Source: Trypanosoma brucei (Eukaryota). Taken from it: DNA of 64,000 nucleotides. The first letter of the stretch is position 1; each line of letters begins with the position of its first letter. The notes beneath the pieces were generated by a model. The model was not told the DNA's origin. It worked only from the letters and a program-made list of their open reading frames with translations, and did no database searches. Location: NCBI GenBank assembly GCA_000002445.1, contig CP000071.1:1504001-1568000 (forward strand), given 5' to 3'. The position numbers were made by a program, and so were the translations under genes. This document shows, in pieces, positions 30,992-41,477 of the stretch.

Positions 30992-31279
30992 ATGGCGTTT
31001 CAAACACCGTGGATTTTTATCGCTGTCATTGGTGTTCCACTCTTTATGGTCTACACGAAGGCGCGGCGCATGGACGCGAAGGAAATACACGAAATACAAA
31101 TGCGGGTGAAGTATCGTTCCGAGTTTTGGGAAAAGGGAAATGAGTTTGTGCGGAGCCACCGTGAAATCGTCCTGAAAGGACTGAAAGAAACGAATGATCC
31201 GATGGTTGGAAAGGAGTTCAGCGAGTTGGAGACCAATGGCGTAACAAAAACTCACCACTCGATTTGGAAACTGTGGTAA
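30992..31279 (+). CDS. Small single-pass membrane protein (95 aa): N-terminal transmembrane helix followed by a charged, helical soluble tail
   Basis: MAFQTPWIFIAVIGVPLFMVYTKARRMDAKE... The hydrophobic segment is immediately followed by a basic patch (signal-anchor-like), then a K/E-rich tail. It has a near-ideal upstream splice signal and ATG context. It is the only substantial ORF in a 2.4-kb gap between two same-strand genes. Confidence 0.5.
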   Translation: MAFQTPWIFIAVIGVPLFMVYTKARRMDAKEIHEIQMRVKYRSEFWEKGNEFVRSHREIVLKGLKETNDPMVGKEFSELETNGVTKTHHSIWKLW

Positions 31280-32361
31280 TTTGTGTTTATGTGTCAGGTG
31301 GCCCTGCAACAATATCGTGCCTTATCGCTTTCTCTTTGGTTTTATTTGGTTTCTACTTCATCCAGCTGTAGGTTCTATAGCGTATGTGTGTGTATGTGTG
31401 TGGGGAAAAAAGAAAAACTTGAGGGCTCATCTTATTTCTTATTTGTGTCATCAGTTTTGACATCTTGACGTATTTTCTGCTAATTGAGTTTGTTCCCGTT
31501 TCGCAATTTTTTTGGTCTCGCTCTAAGCAATTGTTGAGGCTGTTGGGTACACGACGGTGAACGTGCGCATAGGCACTGTTTCATCCATGTGTTGTGTGGT
31601 GTGGAATTGTAAAAAAATAAAAATAAAATAGTCTTTGTTGTTTTTGTTTTGATATTTTTGTTCTTCCAATTAACTGCACTGCACCGTGAGTCTTCCATTT
31701 TTTCTTTTTTAAGCGATACGTGTGTTCAATCATATGTTACGTTTCAACTTGACTACAGCTGCTCTGTGTCGAAAGCAGCGCTCATACATGATAGGTTGTT
31801 TTACTTCCATGCCATGTACAGATTGATTATGTTTGTTTATCAGCACCTCTCACCTTCACTTCACTTTACTTCACTCACACTAATACGTTTTTACTTCCCC
31901 CAAGGGCTTGAAACAGAAAGAAAAAAGTGAAAAGGAAAGAGCCCTGTGGAGCGGGTTGGAGTGTGTTCAGGGCAAAAGGCGGCGCCGTTGGTGTGCCATT
32001 GTTTTTCTTTCAGAGATTTTACGTATACACTCGCGTCGCGTAGATCTCCATTTGGCTTCCATCCTTCCACTGCCCACGAGATTCTACACACACACAAACA
32101 CGTGTGTGTGTCAAGAGAGAGAGAGAAGGAAAAAAAAAGGAATTTATCGTACCCCGGTCAAGTAAACCATATTCTGTTTATATACGGACGTTGAGCCGGT
32201 GGGGTCCTGGTTCCATTCCACGCGGAATAACAGATTTAAGGGGACCTTAACTGAGCAATAAAACGTCTGTGACTACTGCTTCTTAACGCAAACCTGCTGA
32301 CCAGCCTGTGGTAGGTTAACTGCCGTTACGTCCATATAACTTGAAGCTGAAATCGGAACTA

Positions 32362-35300
32362 ATGGGTGTGTGCCAGTCAAATCTTATTACATCGGAAGCC
32401 GTAAAAGATGGGGGAAGGGAAAACTGCAAATGCCGCTGGTTACAACTGGACTCGAACAAGTTAAACATGGAGGGTAAAACCAGCTGTCCCGAAGCGGCAA
32501 ATGAATTCACCGCCCGACTTGCCGAAAAGTCTGCACGACGGTTCCCGTCAAGTGGTTCGGCTGGGACCCAGACATGCAGCATCAGAACGTGTCCTACTCT
32601 ACTGAATGCAGATTTTGATGTTTCTCACCAGTCGCTGCTTGGTCGTTGGTGGAACCTTCCTGTTGTATCATCGGGAGATAAATTTTCATTTGGCACCACT
32701 CTGTCAATTCCGAGTGAGTCGTCAACTCCCTACACTGCGCTGTCGGTGCCTACCACCGAAGAGGCCGTTAAGAGCGGTTTGTCTCAAGAAAGTGGGCGTT
32801 TCCGTCCCTCGCGTTGGATATCGCTCGTTTGCCCCATACCGGCATCGAGTTCGCTCTCAGGCTCTGGTACGGGATTACACGAGGGTTGTTGTCGTGGAGG
32901 AGGATGTTATGGTGAATGCAACCGATATCTGTCGGCCAGAAGTAACTGTTCAGGTATTTCATCAGAGAATTCTACCCTCTTAGCCTGCTTCTTCGAAGCA
33001 AAAGGTGTCTTTGCATTTCGTATATCCAGTGAAGAGTCCACCGCAAAGGATGCAGCGTTCCTACGTAAACGCGGGTTGCACGCTTGTCGTGGCACCTACG
33101 TGCGACGCTGGGATCGAGTGGAGTGCTTTTCAGCGAGCAATCAGTCAAACGCGCTCACCATATTTCCCATGAAGCCATCTTCGTGTCCCTCCTCCCTCAG
33201 GGAGGGCAGTCCGGTGACTCCGTTCGGTCAGTTAAGCACAGATGACGCAAGAGCCCCGTCCACTGCCGATAGTGGACAAGAATCAAGCCGTTCCTCAGCT
33301 GACCGTAATTCCGTACACTCGTCGAGCGCGCATCCTTCGAGTCTATTGCCATCGTCAGAAACCTCAAATGGATCGGGTACGCCTATGTTTCCGAAGGAAT
33401 GTCTTCACTGCCACCACTTTGCAACCGTTAATGATCTCACCGAGTCTGTTTCATGCAACTGCATGAAGTCTCAAACACCGCTAGTTGACCAGGGCAGTTG
33501 GGCCCCAAATTTGGAAATGGCGTCGTATGACACCTGTGATTCCCCGTATGACCCTCTCGCCTCTTCACTGTTACCGAAACGAAGGGGAACTTGTGCTATG
33601 ATAGAGGAACCTTTAAATCCGAAGCCAAACAATGTGCACGAGCCAAAATCGCGTGGATCAGCAGTGCAGCCGGTACCTGCTGGCATCATCGTCAGCTGCT
33701 TTGACGTTTCGATTGACCCTTCAAAGTGGAAAGAGTGTGGATATCGACGCACAGCCCTTGATTGCCTTAATGAAGCCATATTGTCATCCGGTTGTAACTT
33801 TGGCGAGGGCGTCGTGACGAGCGTTATGTACGGTGGAATGTGTGTTGTGGAGTGCCCATCTGAGGCGGCCGTTGCTCGATTACAAGATTCCATGAGAGTA
33901 AACAAGTGGGATACCTCGGTGTCGAGCAAGTCACTTAAAGCAGCAGCCAAAAGAGCGGCGCGTAAAGGGCACAGCGGCAGTGCGGCGTCGGGTTCCGACT
34001 CTTTGCCACATGATTCGTATCGTGTTGTAATGTGTGTAGGTGGAAAATGGCCCTTTGATGAGTTGGACACCAGCAAGTGGAGAAAAGGCGACGTTAACAG
34101 TATTTCAGCAGACTGCCCCCATGCTGCTGCATCAATTACGCCGTGGATCGATGTTGACGCAGTGGCGCTGATTGTGCGTAACTGGGCTGTGCATCTACTT
34201 TCTCACATGGAGTATGCCAAGCCCCTTGCGGCTTACGTGCAGCGGTTTCGGGGCCTATTGCCGTTCCTGCGCCTCGCACCTGCAGAGGATATCCTTCATG
34301 ATTACGTGCATGTCAGCAGTGGCAGCAAATTCACTGAAAACGTGAAGGAAAACGAGGCCATTGCTTCATCTTGGGTGAACCACAGCTACCTTAGTACCGA
34401 AGGAGTGTGCGATACTACCGCTTGCTCCTCCGTTGATGGGGAGGGGCCCCCGACACGTGGAGAAAACGCTCCGGCACAACACGTGGATGCTGAGATTCCT
34501 CCCTTGGATCTGCGCTCGGTGAAGCGTCAAGGTGGGAGTAGAGGATTAAGATTCAGATCGAAAACGCTGTTTTGTAGTATGGTTCGTGGGAAGGAAGCTC
34601 TCAGCAGGGAGGAGGGTGGCAAGTCATGCACGACTGCATCACATACCAATTATGACCCTTTATCCGGCGGGGGCGGTTCATGTGTGGAGGGCAGGTCGGC
34701 TAAAAGCCCCTCCTCTTGGCCTTCAGTACTTCAGCCTCTTCCTTATGATGAGGAGCAGGTATTATGGGAGCGCGCCATGCTTGAGGTAAAGGCTGTGAAC
34801 ACCGAACTGAGGGAATTAATAGACGCCCGACATGCTACAGAGAAGGAGCTTGCGCAACTGAACTCCACCTTACAAATCATGAAGCGCTTGTTCTTACCTC
34901 ATTCGAGTATGGGCGAGGTGAATCCGCTGTGCATGTACCTCACTACAGCTCTGGAGGAGCCGACAGAACTTCCGGGGCGGCGTGCCTTCGTGGGTGGTCG
35001 TGACTGGTTTCCGTGTCTCGCCGCATTGTTGTCAAGCCCGAAAAACGCGCTCTGCAGTATTGAGATCGTTCAGCCCATGATCATATCATCTCTTCCCCAA
35101 CTTGGAATGGTTACTGGTTTACTTTATCATGATAGCGCCATGAAGAAGTTGCAGAGCCTTGTCATCCCATGCGATCAACTCTGTGGCTTCTCGACCCGTG
35201 CGAATGCACCCGCATCTGGAAGGAAAGGACACGGATTTCGAACGAAAACTACACTGCGAGGGGAAAGTAGTGGAAAAGCCAATTGCGGTCCGAGCGCGCA

Positions 35301-35991
35301 GCGCTTCCGCCGACTGAGAAATGGTGTTAGAAATTGCAAGTTCTTTCTGACACCTAAGCAGGTCAAGGATGTGTTTCTCGCCCTCACGACGTCAGTGTCA
35401 AACAACACTCGACATCCAAATTTCGTACTGTCGCTGAAGGGATTCCCTGTGGGTGGCACGAAGTCGGGCCAGTCGAAGATACGTCGATTCATTCACAGAT
35501 TTTTTCACGTGAAAAGTGGTTGGGAGAGCGCGACAACGCAGAAACCTCCTCGGGCTTCTAGTTTGTCGCCCGCGTTTGAGGAAACCTTGACGATCAATGG
35601 AAGAATGGACGAAATGGAGTTTATTTGTTGCGCTGAGGATGACGTATGCATCGCTTTGCGTGATGCGGAACGAAGACCCCATTGCATGCTGTTGCGCAGG
35701 CGTGAGAAACATCTATCGTTAGCCAATGATACACCCGGTTACTCACCCGTGTCAGGGGGGAAAGAAGGGGAAGGCGATGAGGAGTTGTCATCTACCGAGT
35801 CGTGTTGGGTGTATGGCCTACACTCCGAGAGGCTTTTAGCTGCAGTCATGGAGTGCGTTAACCTTCTTCTGCTTGATAGGGCACCGCAAATGTTCGAGAC
35901 ACTGAAAGTGGCGTGTGACCGACGGGGTTCCAAACGACTGGAAGGCACCGCCGCTACGAGGCACTGGGGCGGAGTTACGCTCACTTGCTGA
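32362..35991 (+). CDS. Hypothetical protein (1209 aa from the first ATG; the track opens at a TTG at 32341) with an N-terminal MGVCQS dual-acylation consensus
   Basis: Uninterrupted 3.6-kb ORF. The first ATG gives MGVCQSNLITSE..., with Gly2, Cys4 and Ser6, a fit to the N-myristoylation motif G-x-x-x-S/T with an adjacent palmitoylatable Cys. The rest is Ser/Cys-rich with no recognised catalytic motif. Confidence 0.65.
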   Translation: MGVCQSNLITSEAVKDGGRENCKCRWLQLDSNKLNMEGKTSCPEAANEFTARLAEKSARRFPSSGSAGTQTCSIRTCPTLLNADFDVSHQSLLGRWWNLPVVSSGDKFSFGTTLSIPSESSTPYTALSVPTTEEAVKSGLSQESGRFRPSRWISLVCPIPASSSLSGSGTGLHEGCCRGGGCYGECNRYLSARSNCSGISSENSTLLACFFEAKGVFAFRISSEESTAKDAAFLRKRGLHACRGTYVRRWDRVECFSASNQSNALTIFPMKPSSCPSSLREGSPVTPFGQLSTDDARAPSTADSGQESSRSSADRNSVHSSSAHPSSLLPSSETSNGSGTPMFPKECLHCHHFATVNDLTESVSCNCMKSQTPLVDQGSWAPNLEMASYDTCDSPYDPLASSLLPKRRGTCAMIEEPLNPKPNNVHEPKSRGSAVQPVPAGIIVSCFDVSIDPSKWKECGYRRTALDCLNEAILSSGCNFGEGVVTSVMYGGMCVVECPSEAAVARLQDSMRVNKWDTSVSSKSLKAAAKRAARKGHSGSAASGSDSLPHDSYRVVMCVGGKWPFDELDTSKWRKGDVNSISADCPHAAASITPWIDVDAVALIVRNWAVHLLSHMEYAKPLAAYVQRFRGLLPFLRLAPAEDILHDYVHVSSGSKFTENVKENEAIASSWVNHSYLSTEGVCDTTACSSVDGEGPPTRGENAPAQHVDAEIPPLDLRSVKRQGGSRGLRFRSKTLFCSMVRGKEALSREEGGKSCTTASHTNYDPLSGGGGSCVEGRSAKSPSSWPSVLQPLPYDEEQVLWERAMLEVKAVNTELRELIDARHATEKELAQLNSTLQIMKRLFLPHSSMGEVNPLCMYLTTALEEPTELPGRRAFVGGRDWFPCLAALLSSPKNALCSIEIVQPMIISSLPQLGMVTGLLYHDSAMKKLQSLVIPCDQLCGFSTRANAPASGRKGHGFRTKTTLRGESSGKANCGPSAQRFRRLRNGVRNCKFFLTPKQVKDVFLALTTSVSNNTRHPNFVLSLKGFPVGGTKSGQSKIRRFIHRFFHVKSGWESATTQKPPRASSLSPAFEETLTINGRMDEMEFICCAEDDVCIALRDAERRPHCMLLRRREKHLSLANDTPGYSPVSGGKEGEGDEELSSTESCWVYGLHSERLLAAVMECVNLLLLDRAPQMFETLKVACDRRGSKRLEGTAATRHWGGVTLTC

Positions 35992-36556
35992 TGGCATTTT
36001 TTCCGTTGTTGTTGGGCGCGCGAGGCAAATCTGAAGGGATCTACTCTAAAGAGTGTAGGCGATGAGGTTGTCTGTGATGAGGGAAGTTAAGTATTTACTT
36101 TGATTCGGGGATGGGAGAGCGCCCTAGCGTAAGGCTAACCGATACAAGAAACCCGTAATGTTGTCCGTTGCGCACGGCGTTACGCAGAGGAAGATGGCTT
36201 TCACGAAGGGTTACGAGTGCTTCCGGTGTTGTTTATACGTAACAGATGTGAGAAGGGAAAAGAAAATCTTAAAGTGGATGCGCTTGTTCGCAGAGAGTAG
36301 GGGAGGTTTCAGGTGTATGACTTTTTATGTTTTGCACCGATATGCACTATTTGGTAGTGTTTCGTTTCATCACCTACCTTTCCGATACCGTTTCACCGGT
36401 TGCATTATTTTCTTCTCTTTATTTTTTGTTGTATTTTTGGCCCTCCTGCGTATGTTTGTTCCCTTACTCCAAGGCCCTTGTCGTGCGCCTCCTTCTTGAG
36501 CGGTTACCGTAGCGAAGGAAGGGAAATAAAGGGAGTGGAGGGTGCTTTTTTTTTCT

Positions 36557-36584
36557 CATATATATATATATATATATATATATG
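36557..36584. repeat. (TA)n microsatellite
   Basis: catatatatatatatatatatatatatatg. Confidence 0.9.
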
Positions 36585-37889
36585 TCTTTTCTTCACTTCA
36601 ATAATGTTTTTTCTAATTCTCCTTTCTCAGACGAAAACATGTGCTTTCACGTTTCCTTTTTCTTTTTTCACTGTGAGAGAAGACGAGGCTCAGAACGACT
36701 GACAGCCCGACACTTTTCCACTGTTTCAATAATACAGACCCTAATGTGCGGTTCATACTCTTTTGCACTGCACCACTGGGACAGTTTTAATTTGTTCCTT
36801 CCCCCTTTCAAAGTTTTCCTACTCTGTTTTCGGTTATTATTTGATAATTCATATTATTACTATTATTCAACGCCAAGTTCGCAGCGTGTGCACGGACGTT
36901 GGCGGAGGCGTTCCCTTGTCACACGTTTGACTGCTTAATGTACTTAAGTTTTTTTTCTACTTTTAACTATCGAATCTCTCTCGAGTCAATTCCGTGGGCA
37001 CCGTTTCTCCTCATTGGGTGCGGAAAAGGTGTCGAGAGGAGAGAACGGGACACGAGCGTATGAGTGGACGGGAAAGAAGAAGTGGTAGAGAGGGTAATAA
37101 CAGAGAAATAAAAGAAGGGGGAATTATGGGGGAAATTTGGCGTTACGGCAGGTTTGTAGCCCTGCATAATTCCCATCTCAGGTTCCTTCTTTCATTGCTT
37201 CTGTAGCTCCTCCCTCTCTTTCCAAACACACACACACAAACACATTCCACGCATATGCGATCGCACTTGTGGTTGTGACAGGGTTTGTGCATGTGTATGT
37301 GTGCGCTGGGGCCAGCGAACAAAGTTCGTGTCCTCAACATGTTTTCAATGTACCATAGAATCATGTTTTTACTTTCCCCCCTTTTCGTCATATCAAAAGC
37401 GTGAAAGGAAGGCAGTTGAAGCTGTGGGTGAGAACGAATGATGCAGTTTACGAAGGAAGACGCTCGTTGCCTTTGTGGTTTATTATTTTTTTAATGTTTC
37501 ATTCCATTATTCTGTGGCTCCACGGGTCAGTACAGCAGTATTGTTACTACTGGCATCCATCCTCCCGTCTCCCCTCCCCATTACTTACTTGCTTGCACAT
37601 GACATTCCATTCTTCAGCAACGTGGCGCACATATTCCTTCGTTGTTTTTTCCTTCATAATTTACTCTCTACACCATCGTTGCATAGCCGATTACTTCTCC
37701 CTGAGCGCATTGCCGTTTGAGGGAGTGTTCCTTTCAAAGCTTGAAAGGAGCATTGTTGCAGGTAAAAGAAAGGAGAGCAAACGAGCCAATTCGTGGCGTG
37801 TGCTGGTGCACACCTTGTGTTGCTGAACTGGCCCGCACAGGTAGATATACACGTATACACATAAATAAAACTTAGATACTCAGCCGAAA

Positions 37890-40800
37890 ATGAAGGAAGC
37901 CGAACAACCACCAGTTGCTGGGCCGCTTCCAGGATTTGTATCGCACGCCCGGTCCACGATGTCTTCCATCGAAAGCCTTCATCGGACCAGTACTGTCAGT
38001 TCATCCGGCAACGTCCGCCTTCCTGCCATAAAACAGAGAAATCAAAGGGATGTCGCGAGCAACCAGAACCCTTATACAGCGAGCGAACAGAAGCGTCGGG
38101 AGACGAGAGTAATGATACAGCACAGGAAACGACTGCATATGTTCGGCAAGCCAATATTCGCGGAGAGCCACCAGCGGATGCTGGAGGCGAAGCGACTGTG
38201 TGCCGAGTGGGTGGCAGTTCACCAACGCGAGCGGGGGGAATCATTGGCCTTTGTGGATTACGCAAAGGAGCTGTTTTATAACGTGGTAGTTCGTAATCAC
38301 GTGCCTCTGGTGAGCAATGGAAATGATCAGTTGTGTATACTCGCTACACGGGCGGCCGTCAGTTGTTTTTTGTTAGAGGAAGCTGTGAAAGCACTACCGC
38401 GTCATGAAATCCTGGAGCGCTGCATAGGTATGCTGCTACGCCTTGTTTACGTGCCTAACACCGAGGAAATGCGCGAAGCACTCGGTGGTACTGTGCAGTA
38501 TCCCCTTCTCCTGCGACAACTACCGGACTATCAAGTTGACTCCCCCAATTGTATGCAACTGTCTCGCTTCGCACGCAAGCCTTACTTTGTTGCTCATCAC
38601 GAATTAACACAGCGCGTTATCATGTATGCGCACATGAATCTAACACGGCAGGAACGCTTCCGTCGTCTTCCCCGCATTTTCGACTTACTCAACGCTAACT
38701 GGATCAAGTCCTTCCTGCGGACTACTCTGAAGGCCTGGCAACGTGTTTGCTTGAGGAGACGGCAGGAGGAGCAAAAGCACCGGGCCCGGTGGGCACGGCG
38801 TTTTGCGGCGGAGCGCATTCGTTCCATTATACGGCAGTGGCGTGTCTACGCACAGGTTCGGGTTCACAGTGCCGTTGCAGCGGAGAGTATTATGGTACAA
38901 ATTAAAACATTGTCAATTAGCACGCGCAATCTCAGAGCTGAGATAGAGGCACTGACACAAGAAAGTGCTGAGCTTAGTGTGAGGTTGGAGGAAAAGGACA
39001 CGGAATATGGTGAGCTGGAAAAAAAAATAGCGGAGATAGAGGGGGAATACAAGAGGAAACTACAATTTGTGTGTGAAATCGATCGTGTTGGTAGCAAATT
39101 GCTGAGCTCGCTTGCACAGAAGGTGCCCTTTCCGGGTGGTACCGAAGCGATGTTGCCACTAGAGGTGTTGGTGCTGTGGGCGAATCAGACGCTCATTGAA
39201 GGATGGATGGGAAGTTTGTTTGTAGACACACCCGATGACCAGTTTGTTGAGCAGGCTGAGAGTTACGGTGCAGGTTTGGCAAGATCGGTGCGTCTGTCGG
39301 ATATCAGCTCGGCAGAGTTGCCCTTCACACCGCTGTTGAGAGAAACAACACTGGTGTTTTTACCGATGCACCGATTCCTAGCGCTCATCAGCGCCATGGA
39401 TCCAGCCACAGGACCGACTATGAAAGAAATCTCAGCTGTCTGCAAAATGGATGCCCAAGTGCGACCATTCCGAATGGAAATGGAGGACCGGGTAGAGGAA
39501 GATGCAGCGGCGGATGAAAAGAGGGATAACGTGATCAAGCTTGAGGACGAGGTCGGTCGTATTATTTTGGAAGCGTACACGAACCTCACCGGAGGTCCTT
39601 GTCTAATATCTGCTAAGCAGTTGATGACACGGAAGCGCGGCTTTCAGCTTGTGTTTCTTGCTGGTCTGCTGCGGTACTTCACCAACTGGGTTGACCGGAC
39701 GATGAAACCACGGCGGTCGCATGACGAGCGGCGGGAACGCAGTGACTCTATTCAAAACAGCGGTTCAGTGGAACGCGCGAGTCCTGTAGAGGTTATTGCA
39801 CCCTTGGTAGTTGCCGCCGCCGCCTCCGTGACGTCCTCAATTGGAAGTAACTCCACCATCGTTGCCGATGAGTACGCAGGGACGCGCCACAGGGAGTATC
39901 CGGAGTGGTTTCACCCGCCAGCGAGCCATTTGAACTGGATGCGAGTCGTGGAGAATCAGCAGCTGTGGATTGCAGCATCGTTCAATGCCCTACACAGCGC
40001 TCTGAACACTGCGACGGAGCAGCGACCCGTCTGTACTATGCAGGTGCAGGAGGAAACACCTGCATACATGGAAAATGTTACAATAAGGCGGTTATCGGAC
40101 CTTCTCTCACCGGAAGTGACTGCGGATAACTCATTTTTTTACAGTCTCGCGCGGTGTGTGGAAAATGCACTGCCTAAATTGCGTGATCTTTTCATGCAGT
40201 ACTCTTTGCTGGAAGGTGACCGAGACTACGACCGTCCGGGCACGAACAGTCTGATGATTTCTGACGAAAGCGATGTGAGTACAGGTGCTAATCTAACGGC
40301 CAGTTTTGGCAACACCCAAGCCTCCATACATGGTGCTGACGGGCAATACTTTGTCTCATCACTTGACTTTTGGAGGCTCCTGCGCGACTGCCGCGTTGTT
40401 GGCGGTCGCGGAAAGCTTCACCGCGCGGTGGTGCATAGAATTGTTGAAAAGGTTGCTCATGGTTCAGCCTCCAAGAGGAAAAGCGGTCGGGCAGGTGAGA
40501 AGAGCTCAAACATCCCTGGAACGAGGAAAACACGGTCGGGTAAAGAGCTGGCGGAAATAGACCTGAAAAACTCCTACTATAAGCTGCGTCTCTCGCCCCC
40601 CGAGTTTGTAGAAGCACTTCTCCGATGTGCACAAGTGTGGGACTATATGCAGAGCGTACAACATCGCGAGGAGCAGCAACTCTCCAGGAACATGACGGTG
40701 ACGAGCAGGACATCATCGGAGGAAGCAGAGAGTTCATTGAGCCAAAGCGCGTTGGTGTCTGAACGCCTTACGCCAAACCCCTCGCCACCAAGGAAACTTG

Positions 40801-41477
40801 GCCTCGCTGACAGGATGAACCGCAGAGATGCAAACCTGCAGGGGGCGGTGAGTTACCCTGCCCATGATCCGTCATGGCTGCTGCGTCCAGCAGCTGTGCA
40901 TCAGTTTCTTAACGAATACATCATTGTTCATGGGTTTCGTGGTCCTACACTAGACCCCTTCCAGCGCGCAAAACGCCATTTACTCTTGAGGCAGCAGTTT
41001 GCTGAACATGCAGAGGTTCTCTTTGCTATATTTTGCCACTACGCGAAACCACGAGAAGGCTACGGCATTCGTCCCCCCGATAATGAGACTTCGTCACGGG
41101 GCCAAAGTTCATCAAACGTTGCACCGTCAAGTCGTGATGGTGGTTCTCAGGCATGGAGAGGTGTAGGAGGGACCCCAAGGGACCGGGGAGAGGTGGGTAT
41201 TGTGCGCGTAATGACTCTTGGAAGTCTCCAGGCCATGACAGTAGGCTTCAGCTGGTACAGTATCCGTCGGGTTACGCCGGATATTATTGAGAGCTCCTTC
41301 CACGCTGTTGTCGCAGACCCTGAGAATGAGCCAGGTGTGCTGTTTTATCCGGAATGGCTTGACTTTCTTTGTGTACTAGCGTATTACTTCAAACCCAACC
41401 CCACCGAACCGTTACACGAGAAGATGGGCGAGTTTCTCCGAACTCACGTAATCAAACATCACAAAGATGTCTATTAA
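37890..41477 (+). CDS. Hypothetical protein (1195 aa) with basic IQ-like motifs followed by a ~100-aa coiled coil
   Basis: IQ-like segments LKAWQRVCLRRRQEEQKHRARWARRFAAERIRSIIRQWRVYAQVR. Heptad-rich coiled coil LRAEIEALTQESAELSVRLEEKDTEYGELEKKIAEIEGEYKRKLQ. Long same-strand ORF with coding-like composition. Confidence 0.65.
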   Translation: MKEAEQPPVAGPLPGFVSHARSTMSSIESLHRTSTVSSSGNVRLPAIKQRNQRDVASNQNPYTASEQKRRETRVMIQHRKRLHMFGKPIFAESHQRMLEAKRLCAEWVAVHQRERGESLAFVDYAKELFYNVVVRNHVPLVSNGNDQLCILATRAAVSCFLLEEAVKALPRHEILERCIGMLLRLVYVPNTEEMREALGGTVQYPLLLRQLPDYQVDSPNCMQLSRFARKPYFVAHHELTQRVIMYAHMNLTRQERFRRLPRIFDLLNANWIKSFLRTTLKAWQRVCLRRRQEEQKHRARWARRFAAERIRSIIRQWRVYAQVRVHSAVAAESIMVQIKTLSISTRNLRAEIEALTQESAELSVRLEEKDTEYGELEKKIAEIEGEYKRKLQFVCEIDRVGSKLLSSLAQKVPFPGGTEAMLPLEVLVLWANQTLIEGWMGSLFVDTPDDQFVEQAESYGAGLARSVRLSDISSAELPFTPLLRETTLVFLPMHRFLALISAMDPATGPTMKEISAVCKMDAQVRPFRMEMEDRVEEDAAADEKRDNVIKLEDEVGRIILEAYTNLTGGPCLISAKQLMTRKRGFQLVFLAGLLRYFTNWVDRTMKPRRSHDERRERSDSIQNSGSVERASPVEVIAPLVVAAAASVTSSIGSNSTIVADEYAGTRHREYPEWFHPPASHLNWMRVVENQQLWIAASFNALHSALNTATEQRPVCTMQVQEETPAYMENVTIRRLSDLLSPEVTADNSFFYSLARCVENALPKLRDLFMQYSLLEGDRDYDRPGTNSLMISDESDVSTGANLTASFGNTQASIHGADGQYFVSSLDFWRLLRDCRVVGGRGKLHRAVVHRIVEKVAHGSASKRKSGRAGEKSSNIPGTRKTRSGKELAEIDLKNSYYKLRLSPPEFVEALLRCAQVWDYMQSVQHREEQQLSRNMTVTSRTSSEEAESSLSQSALVSERLTPNPSPPRKLGLADRMNRRDANLQGAVSYPAHDPSWLLRPAAVHQFLNEYIIVHGFRGPTLDPFQRAKRHLLLRQQFAEHAEVLFAIFCHYAKPREGYGIRPPDNETSSRGQSSSNVAPSSRDGGSQAWRGVGGTPRDRGEVGIVRVMTLGSLQAMTVGFSWYSIRRVTPDIIESSFHAVVADPENEPGVLFYPEWLDFLCVLAYYFKPNPTEPLHEKMGEFLRTHVIKHHKDVY

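Noticed and set aside
36158-36499. 113-aa + strand ORF in the spacer after the 1209-aa gene
   Set aside because: The N-terminal 40 aa look vaguely protein-like, but the remainder is encoded by a polypyrimidine tract (FFSLFFVVFLALL). It most likely lies within the 3' UTR or splice-signal region of the neighbouring genes.
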